Source: Squalus acanthias (taxonomy: Eukaryota). From it: DNA of 64,000 bases. The notes below the pieces were generated by a model, which saw only the letters and a program-made list of their open reading frames with translations, did no database searches and was not told the DNA's origin. Shown one piece after another: positions 38,801-51,383 of the stretch. A program made the translations under genes and the position numbers. Location: assembly GCA_030390025.1 (NCBI GenBank), contig CM059425.1, positions 178,190,001 to 178,254,000 on the forward strand, read 5' to 3'. The number at the start of each line of letters is the position of its first letter. Within the stretch, counting starts at the first letter, position 1.

Positions 38801-39794
38801 TACTTGGGCCACTGCTGGTTTTGATATACATTAATGACTTGGACTTGGGGGTACAGGGCACAATTTCAAAATTTGCAGATGACATGAAACTTGGCAGTGT
38901 AGTAAACAGTGAGGAAGATAGTAATAGACTTGAAGAAGACATAGACAGGCTGGTGGAATGGGCAGACACATGGCAGATGAAATTCAATGCAGAGAAGTGT
39001 GAGGTGATACATTTTAGTATGAAGAATGAGGAGAGACCATACACACGAAATGGTAAAATTTTAAAGGGGGTGTAAGAACAGAAAAACCTGGGGGTGCTTG
39101 TGCAGAAATCTTTGAAGGTGGCAAGACAGGTTAACAAAGCAGTTAATAAAGCATATGGGATCCTGGGCTTTATAAGTAGTAGCACAGAGTACAAAGCCAG
39201 GAAGTTATGCTAAACCTATATAAAATACTAGTTCGGCCCCAGCTAGAGTATTATGTCCAATTCTGGGCATCGCACTGTAGGAAGGACGTGAAGGCTTTGG
39301 AGAGGGTTCAGAAGAGATTTACTAGAATGGTTCTAGAGTTGAGGAAATACAGTTACGTGGATAGACTGGAGAAGCTGGGGCTGTTCTCCTTTGAGCAGAA
39401 AAAACTAAGAGGAGATTTGATAGAGGTGTTTAAAATCATGAAGGGTTTAGATAGAGTAAATAAAGAGAAACTGTTTGCAATGGCTGAAGGGTCGATAACG
39501 AGAGGACACAGATTTATGGTGGTTGGCAAAGGAACCAGAGGTGACATGAGGAAAAACTTTTTTACGCAACGAGTGGTTAGGATTTAGAACGCACTGCCTG
39601 ATAGGGTGGTGAATACAAATTCAATGGTAGCCTTCAAAAGGGAATTAGCTAAATACTTGAAGGAGAAAAAATTGCAGGGATATGGGGAAAGAGTGGGGGA
39701 GTGGGACTAACTGGATTGCTCTTCGAAAGAGCCGGCACAGACTCGATGGGCCGAAGTGCCGCCTGTGCTGTACTATTCTATGATTCTATGATTC
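35885..39794 (+). mobile_element. 5'-truncated CR1 interrupted by a Harbinger derivative
   Basis: RT 35899-36267 resumes at 38471 (QHGFVK, FADD); (attctatg)n tail. Confidence 0.92.
36275..38468 (+). mobile_element. Degraded Harbinger derivative
   Basis: AAT duplicated; Myb remnant WDHITAAV...TTWLQCAKKLHDLRPLVK followed by GT at the same intron position; acidic transposase tail remnant on - near 37730-37850; Penelope family 2 pLTR scrap at about 37860-37995. Confidence 0.7.
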
Positions 39795-40639
39795 ATCAGA
39801 CAATGTATTTTCTTCATATAAATATCATTTCAACATACCTACCCATACATGGTGCTTCATTGAAGGTGGTTGGCAGGAAATCCATTAAGCAGGAACACAG
39901 TGGAACACATCTCCATCCCATTTTCTGCCCCTGCCCATGCAGTTTCACCCAAAAATTGGTAGTGAGGGCGGAAGATCTTGATCAATATGCCCCAAGCGGC
40001 AATCAACAATAGAAATAGATTGCTGGATTATGTAGTCAAATCAATACAGTGTGATTTGGAGGATGTTATACTGAAACTGTACAGTGCATTGATCAAATTA
40101 CACCATGAGTACTATATCATTTTTAGACACAAGCAAAACATTCAGTGAGGGAGGCAGTTCTGAGAAAAGCCACAAGGCTGATCCCTAGCATTAGAACACT
40201 AAGGAATGAGGACAACTGGAGAATCTTGGGCTTTTTGGCCATGAAAGGATGGGACTAAGTGGGGGCTTCATACAGATAGCAAATGGTATGGAAAGGTAGA
40301 TCCAGAACATGTCTTCAAATTATACCATAACAGTAGGTGAAGAGCACAAGGTTCACACTGGTGAAAGGCAAATTTAGAACTGTTGCTAGTAAGTAGAACG
40401 AACTTCCAGGTAGGATCATGGAGACAAAACACTGAAATAATTTAAGAAACAGTTGGTTGGTGTAATGGCTTTTGTCAGATGGATAACCTAGAATGGGCCA
40501 ACCGGTCTTTCTTGCCCTTGTGATATTGTCAAACATATTGCATGAATTCTGGGATACCCTTATTTAAAAAGATTATCTGTTGCATCCTGGGCTATGCTTT
40601 TAACACTCACATATCTAGTACAGGCAGGTGTTCCTAACA

Positions 40640-41146
40640 CTCCACTTGTCTGGATGAGTGCAGCTACGACAACACTCAAGAAGCTCGACACCATCCAGGA
40701 CTAAGCAGCCCGCTTGATTGGCACCCCATCCACCACCTTAAACATTCACTCCCTCCACCACCTGGTGTACCGTGGCTGCAGTGTGTACCATCTACAAGAT
40801 GCACTACAGCAACTCGCCAAGGTTTCTTTGGCAGCACCTCCCAAACCCGCGACCTCTTCCACCTAGAAGGACAAGGACAGCAGGCGCATGGGAACACCAT
40901 CACCTCCAAGTTCCCCTCCAAGTCACACACCATCCTGACTTAGAAGTATATCGCCGATCCTTCATCGTCGCTGGGTCAAAATCCTGGAACTCCCTCCCAG
41001 CAGCACTGTGGGAGTACCTTCACCACACAGACTTCAGCGGTTCAAGAAGGCGGCTCACCACCACCTTCTCAAGGGCAATTAGGGATGGGCAATCAATGCT
41101 GGCCTTGCCAGCGATGCCCACATCCCATAAACAAATTAAAAAAAAC
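40640..41146 (+). mobile_element. LINE family 2 3' fragment with poly(A)
   Basis: Reverse complement of the 13890-14385 sequence. Confidence 0.9.
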
Positions 41147-41777
41147 ACTGGCTCCAGCCTGAGCCTGAAAATTAAGGATTAAACATTTTCTGATTTACAC
41201 CTGTGTAGTTGAATGATGTCTTTGAAAGTGAACCATGTTGTTGAATTGGTCTTCTTGGTTGGCTACTATTGGTCATGTCCCTTAAATGGGACTTCTTTTG
41301 TGATATTTTAAGGTATTTAAGGTCATACATGGTTCATTTAAATCAGAAGGTTTTTCTCGAAAGGATTAGAAGGTTTTGAGAAATTGTACATAATTTTTGA
41401 AACAGATCTTTGAAAGAGTGCTTAAGGTTGGAAGGTTAAGGGGGAGAAATTTGGTATTGCCCCGTTTGGGGCGCAATTATCAGCCAGGCACAAAGTTTAG
41501 CGCCTGGTGCTAAATATCGCCTCTGACTGCACTTGGCCTCTATCGCCCCTGGAGGTGATTGGAGCGCTAAATCAGGTGCTAACGTCGAGGAGTGAGGCGC
41601 TACCTCAGAGCGCTGGTGAAGCTCAGGTGATGTCAGTTAGCAATGGAACACAGACACACTGGCACCGGCCAGTTCTTAAAGGGGAGGGTCGATCTTGCTC
41701 TCCAGCCACACCCTGCTCATTGCAGCCTTGAATCTCGGCCGGGAGAGACCTGTACATCAATTCTGCTGGAACCACCA

Positions 41778-43630
41778 ATGAAGAGGCCCAGGGAAAGAGC
41801 TCAGCACTTCAGCGACCGGGCCTTGGTGGCTCTGGTTGGCGCTGTGGAGCAGCGAAGGGCAGTGCTCTACCCACAGAGTGGCAGGAGGCCATTGCCCCGC
41901 GAATACAGAGGAGTCTGGAGGGAGGTGGCTCAGCACGTCTCCTCCAGGAGCACGGTGCCCAGGACCCACACCCAATGTCGGAAGAAGTTCAACGACCTCA
42001 CTCGGGTGGTCAGGGTGAGCGGCTGCTTTTCAATACCTCTACATCCCTCCATCTCAACTTCACTCTGTGCCCAGAGGGTTTAAAAACCCCAAATGCCCAA
42101 CACTCATCCAAGACCTATGGCCCTCTCATAAAACGCACACGCACATTCCACACCTTGCATACATTAAGGGCTATTCAACTACGGGAGACACATCAGGTAA
42201 GCACATGGCTGCATACATTAAGGGCTATTCAACTATGGGAGGCACATCAGGCAAGCACATGGCTGCACATTCACTCAGACGCCGTCCTTTTTCTTGCAGG
42301 CCAAGCTATCTCACAACAGGCGCCAGCAGCAACGCACGGGAGGAGGACCGGCTGACCTACACACCCTCAGCGATTTGGAGGCGCGCGTGCACAGGATCAT
42401 TGCCAGCCAGGTGATAGGTACCGTGGCCGCTGGAGAGGTCGACCCCCTTGGGGGCAGCAATGGTAAGTTCATCAGCTTTCTCTCCTCTCTCATTCCACTT
42501 GCCCCTCACAACACCAGCCTTTTACACTTTCAATCCAACTTACTAAATGTCTCCAGTCCTTGCTCCCATACTGCCCCTCTGCCCTGACGCTAAAGCCACT
42601 CTTGTACCTCCCTGCTTTCAGATAGTGAACCACCAGCTGACCAGCCTGTCCCTCAACCTACCAGTGCAGCGACGCCCCAGGCGAGGAGGAAGAGGAAGCC
42701 GGAGCCTCAGCGCCAGCATCTCCCGAGGGAGCCCATGCCGACACTGGGACCACGCCTTCCCTGGAGGGGAGCAGGGGGGAAGGGTCTGATGAGGACAAAG
42801 CTCCAGGATCCAGCGGGCTGCAGCAACTCCATGGGGGTAGGGAAGCTCGGGGGCCATCTCCCCGGAGGGCGAGTAGACAAGCGAGTCCTGCTGCACTGGA
42901 CTCAGAGGAGGACCGCATCATCGCGGAAATGAATAGCCAGGCCTTGAACATGCACACTGAGCTCATGGGTGCAATGGCAAGGGTGCCCGATAGCATTGAT
43001 GGACTGGCTAGGAGTGTGGAGCACTCCGCCGCAGCACAGGCCGACGCAACGCAATAGCTTAGTGCTGCAATTCAGTCACTGGCTGCTGCCATCCAGTCTC
43101 AGACTGCTCTCATGCAGTCTCAGATTGGTGTCACGCAAGCACTGACTGCTGCCATCCTCGCTGGGTTGGCCACATTGCCCTGGGGCTCTCACGGTGCTGC
43201 AGCAGGCCAGCAATCTGTGCTCGAGCAGATTGCTCTGGATGCTGAGGGGCTGCCCTGTGGGAGTGCCAGTGTGTCTGTCGAGCAAGAAGGTGCTGCCCTC
43301 TCTCAGGATGACAGCATTCCTGCTCCCACCACTGACACTTCCCCATTGCACTTGCCACCGCCTGCAACACAGCCAGCCCAGACTGCTGCCGCCCATGCAG
43401 AGTTGGTGCAGTCTGCAGCCGGGGCCTCCAGACCCAGAGCTGGTCGAGGACATCCTTCAAGGGCATCTGTAGTCTCAGGATCTGACATTCAGCAGCCTTC
43501 CATCAGCCTTGCTGCAGCCACTGGGGCCCCATTACGGAGGAGCAGTAGGGTGGGAAGTGCGCAGGGGATGGAGATCACCCTCGAAGGGCAAACAGTAGGA
43601 GGTCTAAATAAATGGTGGGAATGTTTGTAG
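41778..43630 (+). pseudogene. Harbinger Myb/SANT-like DNA-binding protein, 3 exons (41778-42014, 42300-42462, 42622-about 43630)
   Basis: GT-AG introns; spliced ...CRKKFNDLTRVVR|AKLSHNRRQQQRTGGG...GGSN|DSEPP; exon 3 has an apparent frameshift near 42685 and a stop near 43055; AATAAA near 43749. Confidence 0.8.
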
Positions 43631-43860
43631 TAAAGCTCGAGGTTCGTGTGATTACATTTGTTTACTGTTTTGCCGTTTATCTCCATCTTGTGAGAACCAG
43701 TTCTGTTAGTTCATGATTTGTTGTGTTTGTTTATAATTGTTTGTCCTGAATAAATGACACACACCTTTGGAATCATTGCAGCTTTGGCCGGCTATAGGGG
43801 GTGCGGGTTTCTTTCCATGATGATGTTCTCCATGTCAGAAGCCATCTTCTGAGTAGGGGC

Positions 43861-44982
43861 CTAGAAGCGGCTTCTTATCAACCGTTCATGGATGGCCCTT
43901 GCAGTGGCAACATTGTGCGTCTCCCTCCCACATTGGTGCTGCTGCTGATCATCCTCCTCCTCCTCCTCCTCTTCCTCCTTCTCCTCAGGTGGTGCACCAA
44001 TCCCTGGTGGCATTGGCTGGGTCCTCAGGATTGTCAGGTTGTGAAGCATGCAGCACACAACTATGAAGAGGGAGACTCGCTCAGGAGAGTACTGCAAGGC
44101 TCCTCCTGAGTGGTCCAGACAGCGGAACCGTTGCTTGAGCACGCCGATCGTCTGCTCAATTATGTTCCTGGTGGTGATATGGCTCTCATTATACCGCAGC
44201 TCGGCAGGGGTGTTGGGGTTACGGAGCGGTGTCATCAGCCAGGTGCAGAGTGGATAACCCTTGTCCCCGAGGAGCCATCCACTTGGGTGATGCGGTGTCT
44301 GGAAAAGGTCTGGCACACCAGTCTGGCACAGGATGAAAGCATCGTGGCTGCTGCCAGGATAGCAGAACAACTGCACATTTAAGGAGTGGTAGCCCTTGCG
44401 GTTTCGGAATACCTCTGCATTTTCATGCGGTGCCCACAATGCCACATGTGTGCAGTCAATGGCGCCCTGTACCATGGGGAAGCCCGCTATCCTAGCAAAG
44501 CCACATGCGCGTTCATGCTATTTGGCCCGGGTCATGGGGAAAGAGATGTACTGGCGTCTCCTTTTATACAGGGCATTTGTCACCTCCCGGATACAACAAT
44601 GGACAGCGAACTGGGAGATATTGGCGATGTCCCCAGTAGATGCTTGAAAGGAGTCGCTGGCATAAAAATTCAGAGCCACTGTCACCTTCACTGCCACCGA
44701 CAGAGACGTCCTGGTCCTCAGTTGAGGCTGCAGATCTGGTTGCAGCAGATGGCAGAGCTCAGTGACCACCTCCTTGCTGAAGCGCAGCCTGCGCAAACAC
44801 TGCTCCTCAGACAAATAAATGTAGTAGAATTGCTCCCGGAATACCCTGGGAGGGTTAGGTCTCCTGTGCAGAGGCCTGTTGGCCCTCCTCCCTCTGGCCA
44901 TGTTTGCCACTCTCTCTCTGCGTCTCTGCTGCCTCTGATTCTGCAGGTGCAGGACGACGCCCCGAATCAGTGCAGCCCCCAT
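43861..44982 (-). pseudogene. Harbinger DDE transposase (HARBI1-like, DDE_Tnp_4)
   Basis: [70 protein letters not shown]; one in-frame TAG at 44518-20 and a probable short deletion between NVQL and YPGS. Confidence 0.92.
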
Positions 44983-45082
44983 AATCTCTTCTAAATCGCT
45001 GCAATGAAGGTCAAATCAAAATGAACCTGCAAAGTGCTGCTCAGAACTCAAAACTCCTTCACACAGCGTTGAATCTCTCCAG

Positions 45083-45118
<36 letters not shown>

Positions 45119-46037
45119 GAGTGGTGCAAAAATGTCGCTGACAAAAAAGGCAGGAAGCGGACGCCTTTAAATAGCGCTCCCCCAGACCCTTCCTGACTGC
45201 AAAACGTTCCCCTCTACCTGTCATTGCTAGCGGCAGGCGGAAAGGCAGGGGGCGCCACTCAATATCCGGTCTGGGGCGCTACCAGGGTGTTGCACGCTCG
45301 ACTGACGTCACGATCTGCGGGCGCAGGAGATCATGGCGGTCGTGTTTAACGCCGCCGCAAAATGTCTGGTCAATTTCACGAGCGGCGCAAACATCACCGC
45401 GCTCGGGCGCTAGCTGCTTTGCGCCCCATTAGCGCCCTCTTAGGGCACTAATAGGAGGCGCTAATCAACCGAATTTTTCCCCCTTAAGTGTTTCATCTAA
45501 GCAGAAATAAAGATTGTAAGATGTATTGTAACAGTTAATTTACTATCTTAAGTTTCTAAGCATATAAAGTGCAATATGACAGTCATGTGCAAGGTTAGCT
45601 AAAACTAGAAAGAAAAGACAATAACTGAAGAAATAAGATGAACACCTTATACAACAACTCACCAGTAAAGCCAGAACATCCCAGAGGGAGGCACAACTGC
45701 CCAACGCCACAGTAGCCAGCCTATCACAGGAGGAGGAATTGTATAATTTTACATTCATGTCACAAAGGGACAGCCATATAACTGGAAATTTACTAGTGAT
45801 ATTGGCCCAGATTTTCCTGTCCAAATAATGGTGAGGCTAATGGTGTTTGTTGTTATTTATGCACAAATGGTACGGAAACTTCAGGTAAGGGGCAGATGAG
45901 TGGTTAAACTAAAATATCTGAAAGTTGCTGTCCGAGTTGCCATTAGTTTCGCAAAAACGGCATCTCACTGTCTGGCTCACCATTGAAATTGAGAGGTCGC
46001 ACAACACCAGGTTATAGTCCAACAGTTTTATTTGAAA

Positions 46038-46080
46038 TCACAAGCTTTCGGAGCTATCGATTTGCTCCTTCCTCAGGTGA
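46038..46080 (-). ncRNA. Minimal type I hammerhead ribozyme (pLTR, sense to the ORF)
   Basis: ucac-CUGAGGA-aggagc aaaucgaua gcucc-GAAA-gCUU-guga. Confidence 0.85.
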
Positions 46081-46412
46081 AGTAAATTAGATACAGAATC
46101 GCCAAAGCATATATAGATAGAAAACAAAGCATGTGTACTTTACAATTGCAGACCAATAAATTAAATCATCCTGACTATCTGCCGAGGTGTGATAAAGTTA
46201 ATTAAGTCAGCCAGGAAGGTACCACATCAAAGACATAGCAAGATACAACTGAGACAATGAGGTGTAGTCGCAGGGGTTCTAACGTGTCAAAAGCTGCCGT
46301 CTGTATGTAAAACGAAAAGCTTTAACATTTTTTTACTTTTTTACTGGGAAAATTTTTACTTTTTTACTGGGAATCACATCTGTGAACAAGCTAACGACGA
46401 CTCGAGTCCGGA

Positions 46413-47111
46413 TCACGTCATGTATCGTGACATAAACCCAAGATCCCGATTGAGACCGTCTTCATGAGTGCGGAACTTGGCTATCAGTTTCTGCTCGATG
46501 ATTTTGCGTTGTCGTGTGTTTCTAAGGTTGCCTTGGAGAACGCTTACCCGCAGATCCGAGGCTGAATGTCCTTGACTGCTGAAGTGTTCCCCGACTGGGA
46601 GGTAACAATCCTGCCTGGCGATTGTTGCGCGGTGCTCGTTCATACGTTGTCTCAGTGTCTGCATGGTCTCGCCGATGTACCATGCCGCGGTGCATTCTTT
46701 CCTGCAACGTATGAGGTAGACAACGTTGGCCGAGTCACATGAGTATGTACCATGTACCTGGTGGGTAGTGTCCTCACGTGTGATGGTGGTATCTGTGTTG
46801 ATGATCTGGCATGTCTTGCAGAGTTTGCCATGGCAGGGTTGTGTGGTGTCGTGGTCGCTGTTATCCTGAAAGCTGGGTAATTTGCTGCGAACGATGGTAC
46901 TTCTGAGGTTAGGCGGCTGTTTGAAGGCAAGTAGTGGAGGCGTGGGGATGGCCTTAGCGAGGTGTTTGTCGTCATCGATGACATGTTGAAGGCTGCGAAG
47001 AACATGGCGTAGTTTCTCCACTCCGGGGAAGTACTGGACGACGTAGGGTACCCTGTTGGTTGTGTCCCGTGTTTGCCTTCTGAGGAGGTCTATGCGATTT
47101 TTCGCTGTGGC
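46413..47111 (-). pseudogene. Penelope C-terminal GIY-YIG endonuclease fragment
   Basis: CHGKLCKTC, NVVYLIRC...WYIGET...RMNEHR, VGEHF, GLNRD. Confidence 0.9.
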
Positions 47112-47316
47112 CCGTTAGAACCCCTGCGACTACACCTCATTGTCTCAGTTGTATCTTGCTATGTCTTTGATGTGGTACCTTCCTGGCTGACTTAATTAAC
47201 TTTATCACACCTCGGCAGATAGTCAGGATGATTTAATTTATTGGTCTGCAATTGTAAAGTACACATGCTTTGTTTTCTATCTATATATGCTTTGGCGATT
47301 CTGTATCTAATTTACT

Positions 47317-47359
47317 TCACCTGAGGAAGGAGCAAATCGATAGCTCCGAAAGCTTGTGA
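47317..47359 (+). ncRNA. Minimal type I hammerhead ribozyme (inverted pLTR)
   Basis: Same sequence as 46038-46080 on the opposite strand. Confidence 0.85.
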
Positions 47360-49789
47360 TTTCAAATAAAACTGTTGGACTATAACCTGGTGTTGTGCGA
47401 CCTCTCAATTTTGTCCACCCCAGTCCAACACCGGCATCTCCGCATCATGATCACCATTGAAAAGCATTGAATGGCGTAAACTTGCTGCATTTGCGCAGTA
47501 GATATGATCTAAACTCGTGACAGAAAGTTAAGTCTTGTCCATTCCAGTCTAAGTACCCTTTTAACAATGTGATAAATGTTAATTACTGCCAATCAACCTC
47601 TTTGGCACTGAAAATTAACTATTACAAGTGTGGCATCTCATTCCTTCAGGCTTTAATTGATGTTGGAGATTTTAAAAATGTAATATTTTTACCTTTCCAT
47701 TCTGTCTCTTTTTTCTCTCTCTCTCTTAATCCAATCTTTCTTTCCTTCTCTTTATTTCTCTTTCTGTACCTGATTTGAATTGAATTCACCCACTCTAATT
47801 TACACTTTCTTCTCAGTCCTTGTGCAGTCAATTTCGCAATCCTTCAATCTGATTGGTTAAGGAGATACACAATTGCTTACCCTGTTCACTCAGGTCCCAG
47901 ATGTCCTGTTTCCCTCGTTGCGACATTATCAGCTCACATTTTCAGCAACTTGCCACGCAAGAATATTTTAAAAGCTAAACGTGCATGGGCAAGTTAGATG
48001 CCCTGCTACAGCAAATTATGGTCCATTAAATACAGACTATGGCTCAGAGTTTCCGCTAATTTTGCGCTAAAATCAGCCAAACCAGTGCAAAAGATTGCAG
48101 AATTTTAAATGCAAGTTACGCCAAGTGTAAATCGAGTTTCCGCGATCTTAATGCTGGTTTAAAAAACACTGCGCTGGAAGCAGGTCCCGCCCACAAAACT
48201 TGCTACGCCCCCAGATCAAAATAATGAGGATGCCGGGTTTCCACCAATTGCCGCCATTTGCAGTCACTCGAGGAGGCTCTTCAAATTAAGCTGTTCTTTT
48301 TAGGCACAAAGGCACTAACTACTAAGCACGTTTTAAAAGTTTTTACATATTAAAAACTATTTAATTTACTAAGAAACAAACTGGTGTATATTAATAAAAC
48401 TTTAAATGGTTCAGTATAGTTTGTTTAAGTTATTTTCAATGATTTAAAATCAGATTACTCACAAGTGGTAGAGTAGACACTCTTATTAAAAATGCTTATT
48501 TTTAGTGATAAACCCATTTTCAGCTGCATTGATAAAACTGCACCAGGTTACCACTCTTAAATACATCAAAGAATAATTTTTAATGCAAAAAAAATTAAAC
48601 AATTACGTTCTATTACACTGACCAATTGCGCTGTGTGATTATGCAAATTTGTTTTGGGGCAAACTTGAACCATAACTTCACTTCGGACAAACAGTGCAAT
48701 TTCAAACCCAATTTGTGGCCAGTTTGCCGGTTGCACCCAAAGCAGAAGCTCTACCCCAGTAAACCTAACATTGTTGAGCCCATATTGCAATCTTGGACTT
48801 TGAACATAACTTTCTTGTACTGTTACTAAGCAAAATGCAGCAACAGCTGAAATATTAGGGCTGATTTTCCTGGTCCCCCTGTGCTCTAGTGCTGCAAAGG
48901 AACAGTGTACTGTCCGGACCCAGGAGCATTGGGATTTCCTGCCCCGGGCTATTACCACAGTCCAGGGACACCCCTGGTGCAGGCAGTCCCCTGGCAGAAG
49001 GGGCAGGGAATGTAAGCACAGCTGGAGGTTTCTCATGTCTACAGGTGCACGTCAGGCTACCAAGATCGGGACCTTCTGACTACTGATGGAAACATCAATA
49101 TTAAATCCCAATCCGGTTTTCTGACATGCATGTGTTAAAGAAAGGGTAGGGCAGAGGCAGCTAATACCCTACAAATAGTATAGGTTACATATTGGAACTA
49201 CAGATACAAACCTTCTTGCATATTGTGGAGGATTTAGTATTTGGACATCTTACACAATCCTAATACTAAAATATTCTCAGAATAAAATGGATTCCACTTA
49301 TATCTCATAAGTACTTTGCAAATATCATGAAAACATTTCCCTTCTTGTGGCCTTTTTTGAGTGAGATTCACAATATTTGGTGCCAGTTTGGTTAAATTGG
49401 ACATTTTGTGTTGTTGCCCCATACTTTTAAGAACTGGGTTAAGACTGCTCACTCCCAATCAAAATGGAACCTTAAAAATGACAGAGGAGACTTTCATCTC
49501 ATTAGTCTGAGCTGGATGCAAATTCAGGTCCCAGGGGTGAAAGTTTAATGTTCTAACCCAACAGTGAAATCATCCCCTTGGAGAAATTCAGTGGTATCCA
49601 AGCGACAGGATCAGCTTTTACCTCCAAACAATAAACCGTCAGCTGCTCTAGATCCTTTACTAAAGATTTGGAGGCAGATGCCACCAATTCTCTGATATTG
49701 TGACCATTGTACATTGATTGAGATCTAAAAATTTAAATTTTGAACATTGAATTTGTTCTGCCTAGTTCCTCAATACACTGTTCCTATCT

Positions 49790-50557
49790 TATTTGGCCAT
49801 TTTTTTAAAATTTTAGATTCCGTTGCATGGGATAATTTTCGCACACCATTACTTATTGAGAATCCAAGGTGAAGTGCCAAGGACCATAGTACAGACAAGA
49901 AAAGCGCAAAAGAGATGAGGTAAATCGGGACGTACTGTGAGAAGACTGAATACTGCATGCACTGAGGCTGTGGGATTTAGAGGAGGATGATGAATGTAGA
50001 ATGGAATTATCAGCAAAACAATGGATAGCGTTGAATGATGAGTGTTTGAGACAATTTAAATGAAGAAGGAAAAGAGTGAGAGAGAGAATAGAGCCTTGAG
50101 AAACCTACATGATAATGGCAAAGGAGCCAGAGGATGAGAGATCAACTACAGTGCAGTTAGAGCTATTTGAGAAGAAATTAGATAGTGGGAGACCATACAA
50201 TGGTAACTTATTCAGAAGTACATGGTACCTGTCAGATAAATCATCAAAGTATCCAATAGATTTCCAAATATGCGCAACATAGGCAACAAGATCACCAGTA
50301 TAACAGACGTACTGAAAGCTATACTGATGATCATTGAGTAGGCTAGGTGATGGATAAGTTGAGTGTTAACAGCAGTTTCCATCACTTTAGAAATTACTGA
50401 TACAAGCACATTAGTTTCAAGGGTAAGAGTGGTCACCTTTCTTAGGGATGGGATGAACACAAGCAAACTTTCTAATGGGAAGGAAAAGGAGTTAGACATA
50501 TAAGGTGAGGCGATTTCTGTGTATTACGGGGCATGTCACTTTGGGTGCATTGCAATT
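49790..50557 (-). mobile_element. Old LINE RT fragment
   Basis: QGSILSLTLFLLHLN, FADNSILHSS and SVISKVMET remnants. Confidence 0.6.
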
Positions 50558-51243
50558 TGTAAGAATAAAAATATACGTTTTGTATGTGTGATGGACTCGA
50601 GACTATTAATATAAGATGTATGTAATAAAGATGAATTTAATGTGTATGGATCTCCCCTGGGTAAGGCAACGGCGCGAAACTTAACAAAGGAAACCTGCAT
50701 AACAGGATAACCCCACAGAGACACCATCGAAACTCACCATCGAAACTCAAGAGCCATTAAAAGGTGTCAACAAACAATTAACTTAAGCAAGAAATGGCAC
50801 CAGCCACTGCAGACAGACACATGTTCAAAGGAAAGCCAATCAAGAACTGACATGAAACTAAGACCCAATCCTGGGGTCTTAGCAATTTGGACTTAAAAAG
50901 ATATAAAACAAGAACCCAAAGGCTCTCGCTCTCTCTCTCTCTGGATAACCACGCGGAAAAGCAAGAAGCCCTCCCTCTACAGACCAGACCAAGAAGCAAG
51001 GAAAAAGGCCGCGTGCATTGCTTGACTCAGGGAAGTACAAGTCCGTGTAAATCTAACCCATTACCTTATGTGTTGTAATCGAGTAGAGTCCATAAATACC
51101 AGTAGGCTATTGTTTTGATGTGCATGAGTGTGTGTGTTTAATAAACTTGCATGAGTGCGTGTGTTTAATAAACTTATTCCAAATTGTTTCAAAAGAATTG
51201 GTCTTGCTGTCAATTTAATGCCAGTCGAAATAAAAAGCTTACA
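50558..51243 (+). mobile_element. Solo LTR, 686 bp
   Basis: TGTAAG...CTTACA termini, AATT duplicated, TATAAAA near 50902, AATAAA near 51140 and 51167. Confidence 0.85.
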
Positions 51244-51383
51244 AATTGTAATAATGAACTCTCTTGCAACTCTTGCAGCTCACAAATATCTGAGTTTACA
51301 GATTGTGTGTGATAATGATACTATTGTTCTGGCTGGGTTTGAGACTGAAATCACACAGTGCAATATTAGTACTGAATGTTAAT

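Larger units (their letters stand above)
41440..45483. mobile_element. Near-complete two-gene PIF/Harbinger DNA transposon, inactivated
   Basis: TIR GGGGGAGAAATT / AATTTTTCCCCC; convergent Myb/SANT (+) and DDE transposase (-) genes; TTAA on both flanks. Confidence 0.93.
45989..47450 (-). mobile_element. Penelope-like element family 1, 5'-truncated, with inverted pseudo-LTR
   Basis: About 298-bp inverted repeat 45987-46284 / 47112-47410; TSD tcaccattgaaa at 45977-88 and 47451-62. Confidence 0.93.
45804..48024. mobile_element. Harbinger-type MITE (family A-like) interrupted by a Penelope element
   Basis: GGCCCAGATTTT / AAATTATGGTCC, ATT duplicated; body is inverse-similar to 20400-20875. Confidence 0.72.

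Noticed and set aside
43861..44982. Domesticated host HARBI1 gene
   Set aside because: Lies within TIRs beside a Myb partner and carries a premature stop.
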